DNA of 64,000 nt from Pontiella sp. (GTDB lineage Bacteria > Verrucomicrobiota > Kiritimatiellia > Kiritimatiellales > Pontiellaceae). Shown piece by piece: positions 1 to 10,198 of the stretch (its first letter is position 1; every line of letters starts with the position of its first letter). The notes under the pieces were generated by a model. The model was not told where the DNA came from and ran no database searches. It saw nothing but the letters and a program-made list of their open reading frames with translations. The position numbers were made by a program, and so were the translations under genes. The stretch spans positions 162,713 to 226,712 of the forward strand of contig JBNKHE010000001.1 in the NCBI GenBank assembly GCA_050290185.1. Reading direction: 5' to 3'.

Positions 1-210
1 CCCTATTCTTCTTTCGCGGCATTCGATACCGCGAGCAGCACGATATGGCTGGCCGTGGTCTGTGCGATAGGCTGGCTCACAGGAAAAAGCATGGTCAATC
101 TTGCACCCTACCTCAATCAATTCAAATATGCGGCGCTGTTTCTGATTCTGATCATCGTGATCTTCAAGATAGGTACAGTATGGCTCAGCAAGAAAATAAC
201 CAATGGGTAA
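1..210 (+). CDS. C-terminal part of a membrane protein, DedA-family-like (partial at the window edge)
   Basis: Frame 1 is open from base 1 to TAA at 208-210: PYSSFAAFDTASSTIWLAVVCAIGWLTG...YAALFLILIIVIFKIG..., resembling the DedA C-terminal F...D...S...W...GW pattern. It overlaps the next gene. Confidence 0.5.
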   Translation, partial: PYSSFAAFDTASSTIWLAVVCAIGWLTGKSMVNLAPYLNQFKYAALFLILIIVIFKIGTVWLSKKITNG

Positions 211-1172
211 CCGCCATCGTTCCGGCGTACAACGAGGCCTCGCGGATCAGCAAGGTGCTGGAGGTGCTTGCCGCCCATCCCGGTATCGACGAGGTAATCG
301 TGGTCGATGACGGATCTTCCGACAACACGGAAAATGCCGTGAAGGCCTTCAACGTGACCTATGTCCGCAACGCCGAAAACAAAGGGAAGGGCTACTCGAT
401 GGATCGCGGCGTAGCCCTCGCAAGAAACAGCGTAATCTTCTTCTGCGATGCGGATGTCATCGGTCTCACGCACGACATTGTCGATGAAATCATACGCCCG
501 GTTGCTGCCGGAGAAACCGGCATGTTCATCGGGATGCGGAACCGGAAATGGTATGCCGTCCATCAAATTATATCGTTCGTCCCCCTGTTGGGCGGAGAGC
601 GCGCCGTGACCAGATGCCTGTGGCAAAAGATCCCTGGCTACTACAAGCGTTTCTTCCGGATCGAATCGGCGCTGAATTTCTATGCGATCTACTATGGCGA
701 CGGGTTTCAATACAAGATTTTCAAAGGGCTGTCCCAGGTCATCAAGGAAAGGAAATACGGCATCAGGAACGGCATCAAGCAACGCTGGCGCATGTTCTAC
801 CACATCTTCTCCGCCCAGCTTAAACTACAGTTTGTCCACGTTCCCGAATCCACCCGGAACAGGCGGCTGCTCGCTGTTATTTCCCTGCAAAGCCTGCTGG
901 GCATGGCACTGGGCGTATTGGTCTTTGCTGCCGTTTATTATGGTCCATCCGATTTCATAAGGGCTGTTTTTGCCGAAGAACTGGCGGAGGACTCCACCGC
1001 CCCGTTCGTTCAGTTTCTGTTGGATTTCACCAACGTCACGGCAGCAAGCACGATGAATACAATCGGCGCCATTATCTTTTTCCCCAACGCCTTTACGTTC
1101 ATTCTAACATGCAGAAAGTTAGGGGATTTAGTCTGCGGATGGACCTACAAAATCAAGAACAACAAGTCGTAG
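180..1172 (+). CDS. Glycosyltransferase family 2 with C-terminal transmembrane helices
   Basis: Motifs IVPAYNE, VIVVDDGSSD, NKGKG and a DAD. Start set to ATG 180 because the longer ORF start lies inside the upstream gene. Confidence 0.85.
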   Translation: MAQQENNQWVTAIVPAYNEASRISKVLEVLAAHPGIDEVIVVDDGSSDNTENAVKAFNVTYVRNAENKGKGYSMDRGVALARNSVIFFCDADVIGLTHDIVDEIIRPVAAGETGMFIGMRNRKWYAVHQIISFVPLLGGERAVTRCLWQKIPGYYKRFFRIESALNFYAIYYGDGFQYKIFKGLSQVIKERKYGIRNGIKQRWRMFYHIFSAQLKLQFVHVPESTRNRRLLAVISLQSLLGMALGVLVFAAVYYGPSDFIRAVFAEELAEDSTAPFVQFLLDFTNVTAASTMNTIGAIIFFPNAFTFILTCRKLGDLVCGWTYKIKNNKS

Positions 1173-1192
1173 TCCAACGAACCCTTAAATGC

Positions 1193-1219
1193 AAAAACCG
1201 GGCAGAAATCTGCCCGGTT
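1193..1219 (-). terminator. Intrinsic terminator between convergent genes
   Basis: Hairpin AACCGGGCAGA-AA-TCTGCCCGGTT with an A-tract on its left (U-tract on the minus strand). Confidence 0.7.
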
Positions 1220-1250
1220 CAATGCTGTTCGGAAAGTCCGGTTCGTTGAC

Positions 1251-2471
1251 TCAGTCCAATGTGTTGACCAGTAGCCCGGAACGCAGCTTCGGTTCGAACC
1301 AGGTGCTCTTGGGCGGCATCAGCATACCGGCATCAGCCACGGAAAAAAGCTGATCCATAGAAGTGGGATACATCGAAAACGCCAAAACAGCGCGCCCGTC
1401 ATCGACCCATTTTTCCAGCTCCGCCGTGCCTTTGATTCCGCCGATGAAATCAATGTCGTTGCTTTCGCGCGGATCCGCAATATTCAGGATCGGGGCCAGC
1501 ACGTCGTTCTGCAGGATGCTCACGTCGAGCACCGCGACAGGATCGGTGGCTTCGGGAAGCTGTTTCGGCGTGAGAGTGCTCCACTGGCCATCGATGTACA
1601 TGCAGATCTCACCGGCTTTGCGCGGGACCGCTACGCCGTTCTGCTCCACCGTGAATGTTGAGTTCAGTGCTGCATGAAAATCATCCTTGGTTCCGGGAAG
1701 GGTCAGAATCACACGGTTGTAGGCCAGAATTTTCAGCTCGCTTTCTGGGAACATCACGGCCAGGAAATAATTGTAGGCTTCTTCGCCGGTATGGTTCGGA
1801 TTGGCCGCGCGGCGCAGGGCGCCCACTTTTGCGGCCGAAGCGGAACGGTGATGCCCGTCTGCCACGTAGGTGGCGGGGATTTCGCCGAAAGCGGCTTCCA
1901 GCTCGGCGGCGTTTTCGAATTTCCAAACGGTGTGGGTCACGCCATCTTCGGCGGTAAACTTGTAGAGCGGCTCCGTGCTCTTGGTGGCATCCACAACGGC
2001 GTTGATTTTTGCACTGTCACGATAGGCCAGGAACACGGGGCCGGTGTTCGCGTTCTGGGTATCCACGTAGCGGATGCGGTCCTCTTCCTTCACCCGGCGT
2101 GTCTTTTCGTGGATCTTGATCTTGCCCGTTTCATAGTCCTCGATGTGACAGGTCGCCACGATGCCGAACTGGACATGATCGCCCATTTGCTGGCTGTAGA
2201 GATAGATAGAGGGATCCGTTTCGCGCACCAGAATGCCGTCGTCCATCAGGCGCTGGAGGTTGGCCTTGGCTTGCGCATAGACCTCATCGCTGTAAGGATT
2301 GGTGCCTTCCGGCAGATCAATCTCCGCGCGCACGACATGCAGAAAGCTGTCCGGATTGCCCGCTGCCAGAGCGGCCGCCTGTTTGGAATCCACCACATCA
2401 TACGGAACGGATGCAACGGTTTCCGCTTTACCCTCTGCCGGGCGCCATGCCTTGAATGCCTTTACTTTCAT
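1251..2471 (-). CDS. DUF1015 family protein
   Basis: Motifs PYDVV, KIKIHEKT, YVADGHHR and MPPKSTWFEPKLRSGL; SD-like AGGAG before ATG 2471. Confidence 0.9.
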   Translation of the reverse strand: MKVKAFKAWRPAEGKAETVASVPYDVVDSKQAAALAAGNPDSFLHVVRAEIDLPEGTNPYSDEVYAQAKANLQRLMDDGILVRETDPSIYLYSQQMGDHVQFGIVATCHIEDYETGKIKIHEKTRRVKEEDRIRYVDTQNANTGPVFLAYRDSAKINAVVDATKSTEPLYKFTAEDGVTHTVWKFENAAELEAAFGEIPATYVADGHHRSASAAKVGALRRAANPNHTGEEAYNYFLAVMFPESELKILAYNRVILTLPGTKDDFHAALNSTFTVEQNGVAVPRKAGEICMYIDGQWSTLTPKQLPEATDPVAVLDVSILQNDVLAPILNIADPRESNDIDFIGGIKGTAELEKWVDDGRAVLAFSMYPTSMDQLFSVADAGMLMPPKSTWFEPKLRSGLLVNTLD

Positions 2472-2551
2472 CGAAAATCTCCTGTGTTGTAAATTGAAGG
2501 GGCGCACTCTAATGCGCCCCCTCGCCATTGTCAAAAGCCTGTATTGAAAAC

Positions 2552-3541
2552 CTATTCCTGTTCCGGTTTCGGTGCGCGCGACATCAGATCGATCACGGCC
2601 TGGCGCGGATCCTTGCCATCATGGACGACGGCGTTGACCTCTTCGGTGATCGGTACGGGAACGCCCAGTTCGGCGGCCAGCTCCTTGGCGGCCTGGCAGT
2701 TCCAGACACCTTCGGCCACCATCTTCATACCCGCCATGATATCCTGCAGGGTCTCCCCCTTGCCGAGCCGTTCGCCTACGCCGCGGTTACGGCTGTGCCG
2801 GCTCATGCAGGTCACCATCAGATCACCGATTCCGCTGAGTCCCATGAAGGTCTCTGGCTTGGCGCCCAACGCGGTCCCGAGGCGGGTAATCTCCGCAATG
2901 CCGCGTGTCATGAGCGCCGCCTTGGTATTGTCGCCGAATCCCATGCCATCGCTGATCCCGGCGGCCACGGCAATCACGTTTTTGAGTGCGCCACCCAGTT
3001 CAACACCGATCACATCGTCAAGCGTGTAGACGCGAAATGCGTCGTTCAGGAACAGCGCCTGGATCTGCTCGGCAACCGCATGGTCTTTCGCCGCAATCGC
3101 CACGGCACAGGGGACGCCGCGCGCAACCTCTTCCGCATGGCTGGGACCGGAAAGCACAGCCACTTCATGATCAAGAATTTTGCCCGCCACCTCGCTCATG
3201 CGTTCGTGCGTCTTTTCATCAAGCCCTTTGGTCGCGCTGACCACCAAGGCGTTGGCGGGAATGAACGGTTTGAAGGATTCCACGGTGTCTTTGTAGAACC
3301 GTGACGGCACAACCAGCACCACCAGACCGGCATTCTGAACCGCGGCTTCGCGATCGGACGTCCACGAAATCGAAACGGGAATGTCGACACCAGGCAGATA
3401 GGTTTTGTTTTCGCCATTGGACTGGATCTCATTGATCTGTTCCTGAAACGGCCCCCACACCGTCGTATCGTGGCCATTGCGATCCAACACCATGGCCAAG
3501 GCGGTTCCCCAGCCTCCATCGCCGATTACCGTTACCTTCAT
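2552..3541 (-). CDS. gpsA: NAD(P)H-dependent glycerol-3-phosphate dehydrogenase
   Basis: Motifs GDGGWGTALA, LSGPSHA, GALKNVIA and GDLMVTC-SRHSRN; ATGA overlap with plsY. Confidence 0.95.
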   Translation of the reverse strand: MKVTVIGDGGWGTALAMVLDRNGHDTTVWGPFQEQINEIQSNGENKTYLPGVDIPVSISWTSDREAAVQNAGLVVLVVPSRFYKDTVESFKPFIPANALVVSATKGLDEKTHERMSEVAGKILDHEVAVLSGPSHAEEVARGVPCAVAIAAKDHAVAEQIQALFLNDAFRVYTLDDVIGVELGGALKNVIAVAAGISDGMGFGDNTKAALMTRGIAEITRLGTALGAKPETFMGLSGIGDLMVTCMSRHSRNRGVGERLGKGETLQDIMAGMKMVAEGVWNCQAAKELAAELGVPVPITEEVNAVVHDGKDPRQAVIDLMSRAPKPEQE

Positions 3542-4140
3542 ACTGCAGTCTCCTTTTTCTTCCCGAACCGGTTTTCTGTGCCGTTGAGCAACCGTTTTAT
3601 ATTGGCGCGATGCAACCAGATCACCAGCATAGACAGAATGGTCAACGCGATGTTGATGACCAAACCCTTGTCCAGAATCCAGACCGCGACGGCCACGGCA
3701 ACCGCGGCCACAATCGAGGACAGTGAAACGATGCGGGAAATCACCAGGCAAATCACCCAGCATAAAAAGCCTACACCCACGGCCGCCGGCGCGACCCCTA
3801 GCAGCATGCCGGCACTGGTGGCGACGCCCTTGCCTCCCTTGAACTTCAGATAGACCGGGAAGCTATGGCCCAGAATGGCCACAATGCCGAATAACACGCC
3901 CCATTCGGCTTCCATCCCGGCAATTCTTGGAAATACAAAGGCGGGGATGAATCCCTTCAGCGCATCGAGAACAAAGGTAAAGATGCCCCACCCTTCCCCT
4001 ATGACCCGGAAGACATTGGTGGCTCCGATGTTACCGCTGCCTTGCTGGCGGATATCCACACCGCGCGATTTGGCCACGAGCAACCCGAAAGGAACTGCGC
4101 CGAACAGATAGGCCACGATAATTAAAACAATCTTTTCCAT
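3538..4140 (-). CDS. plsY: Glycerol-3-phosphate acyltransferase PlsY
   Basis: Motifs GSGNIGATN, DALKG, GHSFP, FKGGKGVAT and HRANIKRL. Confidence 0.95.
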   Translation of the reverse strand: MEKIVLIIVAYLFGAVPFGLLVAKSRGVDIRQQGSGNIGATNVFRVIGEGWGIFTFVLDALKGFIPAFVFPRIAGMEAEWGVLFGIVAILGHSFPVYLKFKGGKGVATSAGMLLGVAPAAVGVGFLCWVICLVISRIVSLSSIVAAVAVAVAVWILDKGLVINIALTILSMLVIWLHRANIKRLLNGTENRFGKKKETAV

Positions 4141-4148
4141 ATAAAACC

Positions 4149-5522
4149 CTAGTCCCCAAACAGTTTGCGCCCGAGCCCCTTCAAGCCCTCCTTAAGCGCT
4201 TCATTATCCCCGATCTCCTCAACCTCATCCCCCAGAATGTCCACAATGGTATCCGACGTTGACTGGGAGGTCGTGTTTGTATCGGATGGCTTGCCGCCTG
4301 CCAAATCCTTTAAAACCTTCTTTGCAGCTTCGTTATCGCCGATTTCCTCCACATGCTTTCCGAGGATCTCCACCGCGGCATCGGTCATATTTTCCGGCGG
4401 TTCGTCCAGCCCGGCTTCTTTCGCGGCGGCCCCTTTAAGAAAGGCGTTCATCAATGACTGTGTATTTCCGCCAAACGCCCTGATCAAAGACTCCTGCACA
4501 TCGACGAAAGGCTCCTGCAGGGTGCCCTTGACCGGCACAGGAAAACGCAAGGCATCGATCGACCCCATTCCACCCAGCTTCCTGGCCAGCTTGTCTTCCA
4601 TCCGGATGTTCTTCAGGTTTAGCGAGAACGACGAATCCTCGAAACGGTTGTTGCGGCAATGCAGTTGGGGGTCGAATCCGAACGGAGCCGAACGGATACC
4701 CATTTTATCGTAGACCTCTTCCATGATCTTCGGATCGATTTCCATGATCCGGCCGGTAAGATCGAACGACAAGGATGCCGGATCCGTGACCGGAGCAAGG
4801 TTCAGCTCCAGCTCAGTGATAAAACTGGTCTTGTCGTCGCCTAGCGATCCAGTGAGATTTAATTGGCCCCATACGGCAGCCGGATCACGTTGCGTGCCGA
4901 GTTTCTTGCCGGTCACCCTCAAATCCAGCGCTATATCCAGCTGGTTCAGCTTCAAGTCGACATAGCGCACCCGGGTTTGACATGCCAGAGCTTCAATCAG
5001 GATTTCCGGCAACGGCTTCGGCGCTTCAGCACCAGGCCCGCCTTCGGCCGGGGGCTGCTCGCCTGCGGGTTTCCCGGTTTCAGGCAACGGTTCTTCGCCT
5101 TTAGAGGAAGGGGGTTGAGGCAGCCCTTCCTGCAGCTTGTTGAGATTGATCTCGCCATCCTTGTTGCGGACCACATTGACGAGCGCGTCATCAATCGTAA
5201 CGTTCTTTACGCGAACGAGCTTTTGCTTCAGCAACGAAGGAATATCAACCTCAACTTCGACCTTCTCCACCGAGGCCAGGTTTTCCAGCAGGAAACCCTC
5301 CGGATTCCGAACGGCAATGCCTTTGAGGTAGAGCCGGCCCTGCACGACATTAATCGACAATCCCTCAACCCGGACCTCGATACCTGTTTCCTGCTGTACA
5401 CGTGGCAGCACCACTTCGCGCATCGCCTTCGTGAGTCCGAATTGCAGGAAAAGATGCAATCCGATCAAAATGACGAGTCCCAAACCAAATATGGCTCCAA
5501 CGACCTTGAATGTTGTTTTCAT
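4149..5522 (-). CDS. AsmA-like / DUF748-like membrane-anchored periplasmic protein
   Basis: N-terminal TM anchor, then a beta-rich region with V-RNKDGEIN (AsmA N-terminal style) and a PVKGTLQEP motif (AsmA C-terminal style). Confidence 0.65.
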   Translation of the reverse strand: MKTTFKVVGAIFGLGLVILIGLHLFLQFGLTKAMREVVLPRVQQETGIEVRVEGLSINVVQGRLYLKGIAVRNPEGFLLENLASVEKVEVEVDIPSLLKQKLVRVKNVTIDDALVNVVRNKDGEINLNKLQEGLPQPPSSKGEEPLPETGKPAGEQPPAEGGPGAEAPKPLPEILIEALACQTRVRYVDLKLNQLDIALDLRVTGKKLGTQRDPAAVWGQLNLTGSLGDDKTSFITELELNLAPVTDPASLSFDLTGRIMEIDPKIMEEVYDKMGIRSAPFGFDPQLHCRNNRFEDSSFSLNLKNIRMEDKLARKLGGMGSIDALRFPVPVKGTLQEPFVDVQESLIRAFGGNTQSLMNAFLKGAAAKEAGLDEPPENMTDAAVEILGKHVEEIGDNEAAKKVLKDLAGGKPSDTNTTSQSTSDTIVDILGDEVEEIGDNEALKEGLKGLGRKLFGD

Positions 5523-5604
5523 GCTACTCCCGGTTATGGGTGAAAGGATACAAAAACTGACTCAATATGCCATGGAACGTTGCACAAAAAAACATCCGGT
5601 GAAT

Positions 5605-5633
5605 TTGCGTTGATCCCCAAGAATCCCTATCTT
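5605..5633 (+). promoter_or_regulatory. Sigma70-type promoter, probably giving a leaderless mRNA
   Basis: TTGCGT-N17-TATCTT-N7-ATG(5641); no SD sequence. Confidence 0.55.
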
Positions 5634-5640
5634 CTGGCAA

Positions 5641-6144
5641 ATGGGTCTATTCGCAAAAAAATTCACCATCATCGTCGCCTGCCGCGCCAACATCACGCGC
5701 AGTGCCTATCTGCACGCCTATATGGAGCACTACCTGAAAGAGCATATGCCCTATGCCCGGAAGAAAGTGAGGATTCTCTCCGCCGGAGTCGAGGCGCGTA
5801 CCGGAAGTTCGGCCAGCCAGGTGGTCAAGCACGTCGCCCGGACGCGTGGATTCAGCCTGGGCAACCACCGCTCCGACCCCTTCACTAAAAAGCTGGTTAA
5901 GCAGGCGGATGTCATTCTGGTTATGGAACAATGGCAGAAAGATATGTTGCTTGACCGGTTCCCGCAGGCAAAGGGCAAAACCTTCCGGCTCATGGAATAC
6001 CTCTGGCACGACGATCCCGAAGAGATTTGTGATATTCCCGACCCCACCGGCCAAAACACCGCCGACTACGAGGAGTTCCTCGATGCCGCCCATGCCGAAG
6101 TCGACCGCATCTTCCGTGAACTCGGCCGCGAAGGAATCATCTGA
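5641..6144 (+). CDS. Low-molecular-weight protein tyrosine/arginine phosphatase family protein
   Basis: P-loop CRANITRS, plus SAG, HRS, ADVILVME and DIPDP. Confidence 0.85.
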   Translation: MGLFAKKFTIIVACRANITRSAYLHAYMEHYLKEHMPYARKKVRILSAGVEARTGSSASQVVKHVARTRGFSLGNHRSDPFTKKLVKQADVILVMEQWQKDMLLDRFPQAKGKTFRLMEYLWHDDPEEICDIPDPTGQNTADYEEFLDAAHAEVDRIFRELGREGII

Positions 6145-6158
6145 TTCGTCGTCCACCT

Positions 6159-7697
6159 ATGAAAGATGAACAAGGCAACCGAATCGTGCCGCATAAACGG
6201 ATTTGGCATGTCGTTATTCCGGTCGTATTGCTTCTTGTCCTGTTGCCGGGCATCCTGAAGTTCATTGCCAACGGTATTGTTCTTCCCTCCAAGTTTTCGG
6301 ATGCCGGCAACCCGCTGGTTTCGGGGAGGATCAATCGACTGGGCTATACCGGATTGACGGCGCAAAATCTCGTAATCGATGCCGGCGGCATGCAACTACA
6401 AGTCCCCCAGGCAAGGATTGAATACACGCCCTGGCTGTTGGCGCGAAAACGGTTCAAATCAGCCACGGCGCAAATTACCTCGGAATCAAGGATTGCTTTC
6501 GAGACGGAGGTCGCTGCCCGTGATGTCCATTTTTCCCCGGATGGCGTTTCGGCGGCGCTATTCGCCGAATGTTCATACATAAAGTCAGGCAGGTTCAATG
6601 TCGGCCCATTCACGGCTTCGACGCAGGTGGAGGGGAAAAGCGCGTCGATGGACTTCCATGTCCCGCTGCTGGATGGACGGCTTACGGCGAACGTGGCATT
6701 GGATGCCGATTGGAAAACGAATCCGGTCTATCGCGCCAAGGCAACGATCCCTCTCGGTTCAGAGGATGGTACCGCAGTGCAATTAACGGGGCTTGCGTCC
6801 GGGGTGAACGACCTGCTCGCCTCGGGACATGCCGAAGCAACGGTTTCAGGCTCGTCCAACGGCACCACAGTCGGGTTCGCGTTGGACATCGACACGCTGG
6901 CGTGGGCGGAGCACGACTTGAGCCTGAGCAATCTGAATACGGTCTGTACCATTCACTTCCCCGGTCCATTCCGATCGCTGCCGGAACAGCCACTGACCGT
7001 TGATCACCTATCGGTCGGGAAAATGAATTTTGATCACCTTCGGATGCACTATCAGCTGGAACCGGGTTCCGTGCTGTTCATCGAGTCGCTTGAACTGGAC
7101 TGGTGCGACGGGCGGGTGAACCTCTACAACACCCGGTTCCAACCCGGAACTACCGCGATGGAAGCCCAGCTGTTCTGCGACCGTCTTTCGCTGGAGCAGG
7201 TACTCTCAACCTTCGGTCTGGATAATTTTTCCGCCGGTGGCGAGCTCAACGGCCGGTTGCCGCTACGCTGGGATGAGCATGGACTGGGTATCGACGAGGG
7301 CTTTCTTTTCACCACACCCGGCCGTGGAGGAGTCTTCGCATTCGATACGGAGAAAGCCGCCGCCAGCGTCCTTCCTTCGGATTCCCTGCAGGGGGGCCAG
7401 CTCGGAATGGTATCTGCGGCGCTGGCAAATTTTAAATACGACTGGATCACCATGACGCTCAACAGTGAAGGCGAAGACCTTAAGATCCTCGTCGAAATCG
7501 CCGGAAAGCCGGTGAATGTGCTACCGTACGAATACGATGCGGAGCGTGGAACCTATATCAAGGTGGCACTTCGCTCCGGACGTGGCACCCGCCAGCCGAT
7601 GCGCTTCAATCTGAATTTAACAGTTCCGCTTAACCGGTTGCTTTGCTACGCTTCCGGTATCAATCGGCAGTGGAACCTTTTCAAGGCGAAACAATAA
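6159..7697 (+). CDS. ydbH: YdbH-family intermembrane lipid transport protein (short form)
   Basis: N-terminal TM anchor, GELNGRLPL and ALANFKYD motifs; followed by ynbE- and ydbL-like genes. Confidence 0.75.
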   Translation: MKDEQGNRIVPHKRIWHVVIPVVLLLVLLPGILKFIANGIVLPSKFSDAGNPLVSGRINRLGYTGLTAQNLVIDAGGMQLQVPQARIEYTPWLLARKRFKSATAQITSESRIAFETEVAARDVHFSPDGVSAALFAECSYIKSGRFNVGPFTASTQVEGKSASMDFHVPLLDGRLTANVALDADWKTNPVYRAKATIPLGSEDGTAVQLTGLASGVNDLLASGHAEATVSGSSNGTTVGFALDIDTLAWAEHDLSLSNLNTVCTIHFPGPFRSLPEQPLTVDHLSVGKMNFDHLRMHYQLEPGSVLFIESLELDWCDGRVNLYNTRFQPGTTAMEAQLFCDRLSLEQVLSTFGLDNFSAGGELNGRLPLRWDEHGLGIDEGFLFTTPGRGGVFAFDTEKAAASVLPSDSLQGGQLGMVSAALANFKYDWITMTLNSEGEDLKILVEIAGKPVNVLPYEYDAERGTYIKVALRSGRGTRQPMRFNLNLTVPLNRLLCYASGINRQWNLFKAKQ

Positions 7698-7706
7698 GCG
7701 GGAGGG

Positions 7707-7925
7707 ATGGGTATGAGTAAACACCTGTTATGGGTCGTGTTCGCAATGCTGACAGTAACCGGGTGCCATATCCGGCACGATGTAAAAATGGAACCGATCG
7801 AGATCACGCTCAACATCAACTTGAAGGTGGACCGGGAACTGGATAATTTCTTTGATGACATCGACCAGGCCGCTGCAACGGATCTGGCTGCGGACAAGCA
7901 ACCGGTTAAGGAGGAACAGCCATGA
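7707..7925 (+). CDS. ynbE: YnbE-family lipoprotein
   Basis: Lipobox VTGC and PIEITLNINLKVDRELDNFF. Confidence 0.8.
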   Translation: MGMSKHLLWVVFAMLTVTGCHIRHDVKMEPIEITLNINLKVDRELDNFFDDIDQAAATDLAADKQPVKEEQP

Positions 7926-8290
7926 AGACTCGTATGACAAGACGCTTATCCATCGTTGTGCTCGCACTCTTCTGCTCGACGCTTGCCTTTGCCGCAGGAG
8001 AAAAGGAACGCATGCTCAAACGCGTCCCGAAAATCAATGCTCTCAAATCAGCCGGCATCATCGGAGAGACGGCCGACGGGTTGCTCGGCTTCGTCAAACC
8101 AAGCCCGGACAACCAGCCACTGGTGGAGGCCGAAAACAAGGACCGGCAAGCGGTCTATGCCGAAATCGCGAAAAAACAGAATGTGAGTGTAGAGACGGTG
8201 GCTAGGCGCCGTGCCCTGCAAATTGCAGAACAGGCCGTCCCCGGTCAATGGCTCCAGAATTCCGAAGGGAAATGGTACCAGAAGAAATAG
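7922..8290 (+). CDS. ydbL: YdbL / DUF1318 family protein
   Basis: Signal peptide, then GIIGETADGLL, EN.DR..VY..IA and GQWLQ...GKW. Confidence 0.85.
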   Translation: MKTRMTRRLSIVVLALFCSTLAFAAGEKERMLKRVPKINALKSAGIIGETADGLLGFVKPSPDNQPLVEAENKDRQAVYAEIAKKQNVSVETVARRRALQIAEQAVPGQWLQNSEGKWYQKK

Positions 8291-8549
8291 AGCTCCAGCT
8301 GGCTCACACCAAAGCCGTTCATATTCAACAGGTTGAACTCGATATCCGTCGATTGGTTGCTCATCCGGGCCGACCTTGAACAGGCCAGCCATCACGGTGC
8401 TGAATCCCATACCACCCCGCTGAACCCCAAGGCATTTCTTGATTTGTGACTGTCCATGATTGTCAGGCTTTGCTATCAGTATTCGTTGTTTAGTACATAT
8501 TGAAATGGGCATAGGCCACTCAACGTTTACAGAAGGAAGGCATACGATC

Positions 8550-9113
8550 ATGGATACAAAACTGGCTAATCCGGCACCGCTGGGACTGATGGGCTTCGGC
8601 ATGACCACCGTTCTGCTGAATATTCACAATGCGGGCTTCTTCCCGCTGGGCAGCATGATTCTGGCCATGGGACTCTGCTACGGCGGACTGGCGCAGGTTA
8701 TCGCCGGAATTCTGGAATTCAAGAAGGGGAACACCTTTGGACTGACGGCCTTCGTTTCCTACGGCTTTTTCTGGATCAGCCTTGTCACGCTCATCGTTCT
8801 GCCCAAGCTGGGACTGGCCGATTCGCCGCCACGCGCATTCATGGGATGCTATCTCGCCATGTGGGGCATCTTCACCGCCTACATGTTCATAGGAACGCTC
8901 AAGGCCAACCGTGCCCTGCAGACCATCTTCGGCTCGCTCACCGTGCTATTCTTCCTGCTGGCCGCTGAACACTTTGTTCCCAACGAACTGCTGGGGCACA
9001 TTGCCGGATGGGAAGGCATCTTCTGCGGAAGCAGCGCCATCTACCTCGCCATGGCCGAAGTTCTCAACGAACAGTATGGCCGCACCGTCCTTCCGATCGG
9101 CGCAATGGAGTAA
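8550..9113 (+). CDS. satP: Acetate/succinate transporter, GPR1/FUN34/YaaH family
   Basis: Signature LANPAPLGLMGFGMTT and NTFGLTAF.SYG.FW. Confidence 0.92.
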   Translation: MDTKLANPAPLGLMGFGMTTVLLNIHNAGFFPLGSMILAMGLCYGGLAQVIAGILEFKKGNTFGLTAFVSYGFFWISLVTLIVLPKLGLADSPPRAFMGCYLAMWGIFTAYMFIGTLKANRALQTIFGSLTVLFFLLAAEHFVPNELLGHIAGWEGIFCGSSAIYLAMAEVLNEQYGRTVLPIGAME

Positions 9114-9231
9114 GTCAGCGTTTACCGAGTGGAACAAGACGGATTCCATCTAACACCTGAAAACAGGCAATCCGCCTTTTCCACTTCAAACCAACCAGGA
9201 GCCACCAGCACAACAAAGGAGTAGTAATCCC

Positions 9232-10086
9232 ATGAAAACACGCCTGACCGCCTTAGCCTTGCTACTTGTTTTAGCAACCCCCGCGTTCCTGCGCGCCGAT
9301 GACGACCGTCCCGTGGTCGATGCCGACACACTCACGGATGAAAAGGTCGATAATGCAACCCTGCCCACACTGTACCTCGTCGGCGACTCCACTGTCCGGA
9401 TCGGCGGTAAACCCAAGGGATTCATCGGATGGGGCGAACGGATCAGCCCGTATTTCGACAAAGAAAAAATAAACGTGGTCAACAAAGCCATTGGCGGACG
9501 CAGCTCGCGGACCTACTACACAGAAGGGCGCTGGGAACGGGTCTTGAACGAAATCAAGAAGGGCGATTTCGTCATCATCCAGTTTGGCCATAACGATGTC
9601 GGCGATGTCGGCGATCCAAGAAACAAGCACCGCGCATCCGCCAAAGGGATCGGCGACAAGACCGAGAAGGATGAAATGGACGATGGCACCACCGAGGAGG
9701 TCCATACCTTCGGCTGGTACATGGCAGAATATGTCAAGACCGCCAAGGCAAAGGGCGCCACGGTGATTATCTGCTCACCGATTCCCCACAAGAACAGCTG
9801 GGAACACGGCCGCGACTTCAAGGATTATGCAGAATGGGACAAGAAAATCGCCAAGAAGTACGGTGCGCTGTTCATGGATCTCACGATGGTCATCACCGAC
9901 GCCTACAAGGATATCGACAAGGAGAAGGTGTTTTCGTTTTTTGCCGACAAGGGAACACACACGAACGACGAGGGCGCCATATTCAATGCCGAATGCGTGA
10001 TCTCCGGCCTGAAGAGCCTAAAGGGTAATCCGCTGGGTCGCTATCTTTCTAAAGACGGTCAGGCTATTGAACCGTACGACGATTGA
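9232..10086 (+). CDS. Secreted SGNH esterase, rhamnogalacturonan acetylesterase-like (CE12)
   Basis: Signal peptide and blocks LVGDST, GGRSSR, QFGHND and DKGTH. Confidence 0.85.
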   Translation: MKTRLTALALLLVLATPAFLRADDDRPVVDADTLTDEKVDNATLPTLYLVGDSTVRIGGKPKGFIGWGERISPYFDKEKINVVNKAIGGRSSRTYYTEGRWERVLNEIKKGDFVIIQFGHNDVGDVGDPRNKHRASAKGIGDKTEKDEMDDGTTEEVHTFGWYMAEYVKTAKAKGATVIICSPIPHKNSWEHGRDFKDYAEWDKKIAKKYGALFMDLTMVITDAYKDIDKEKVFSFFADKGTHTNDEGAIFNAECVISGLKSLKGNPLGRYLSKDGQAIEPYDD

Positions 10087-10093
10087 TCACGAA

Positions 10094-10171
10094 ATGTAGA
10101 CGAGGCTTCCAGCCGCGTTACGCGGGCACGGATTCCTTTAGGTGCAATGCGGCTGGAAGCCGCATCTACAT
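10094..10171. repeat. GTAG-type REP doublet (inverted pair) between convergent genes
   Basis: ATGTAGACGAGGCTTCCAGCCGCGTT ... AATGCGGCTGGAAGCCGCATCTACAT; each arm also has an internal palindrome. Confidence 0.7.
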
Positions 10172-10198
10172 TCATGCACCAAGCGGTCGCGGCCTGCC

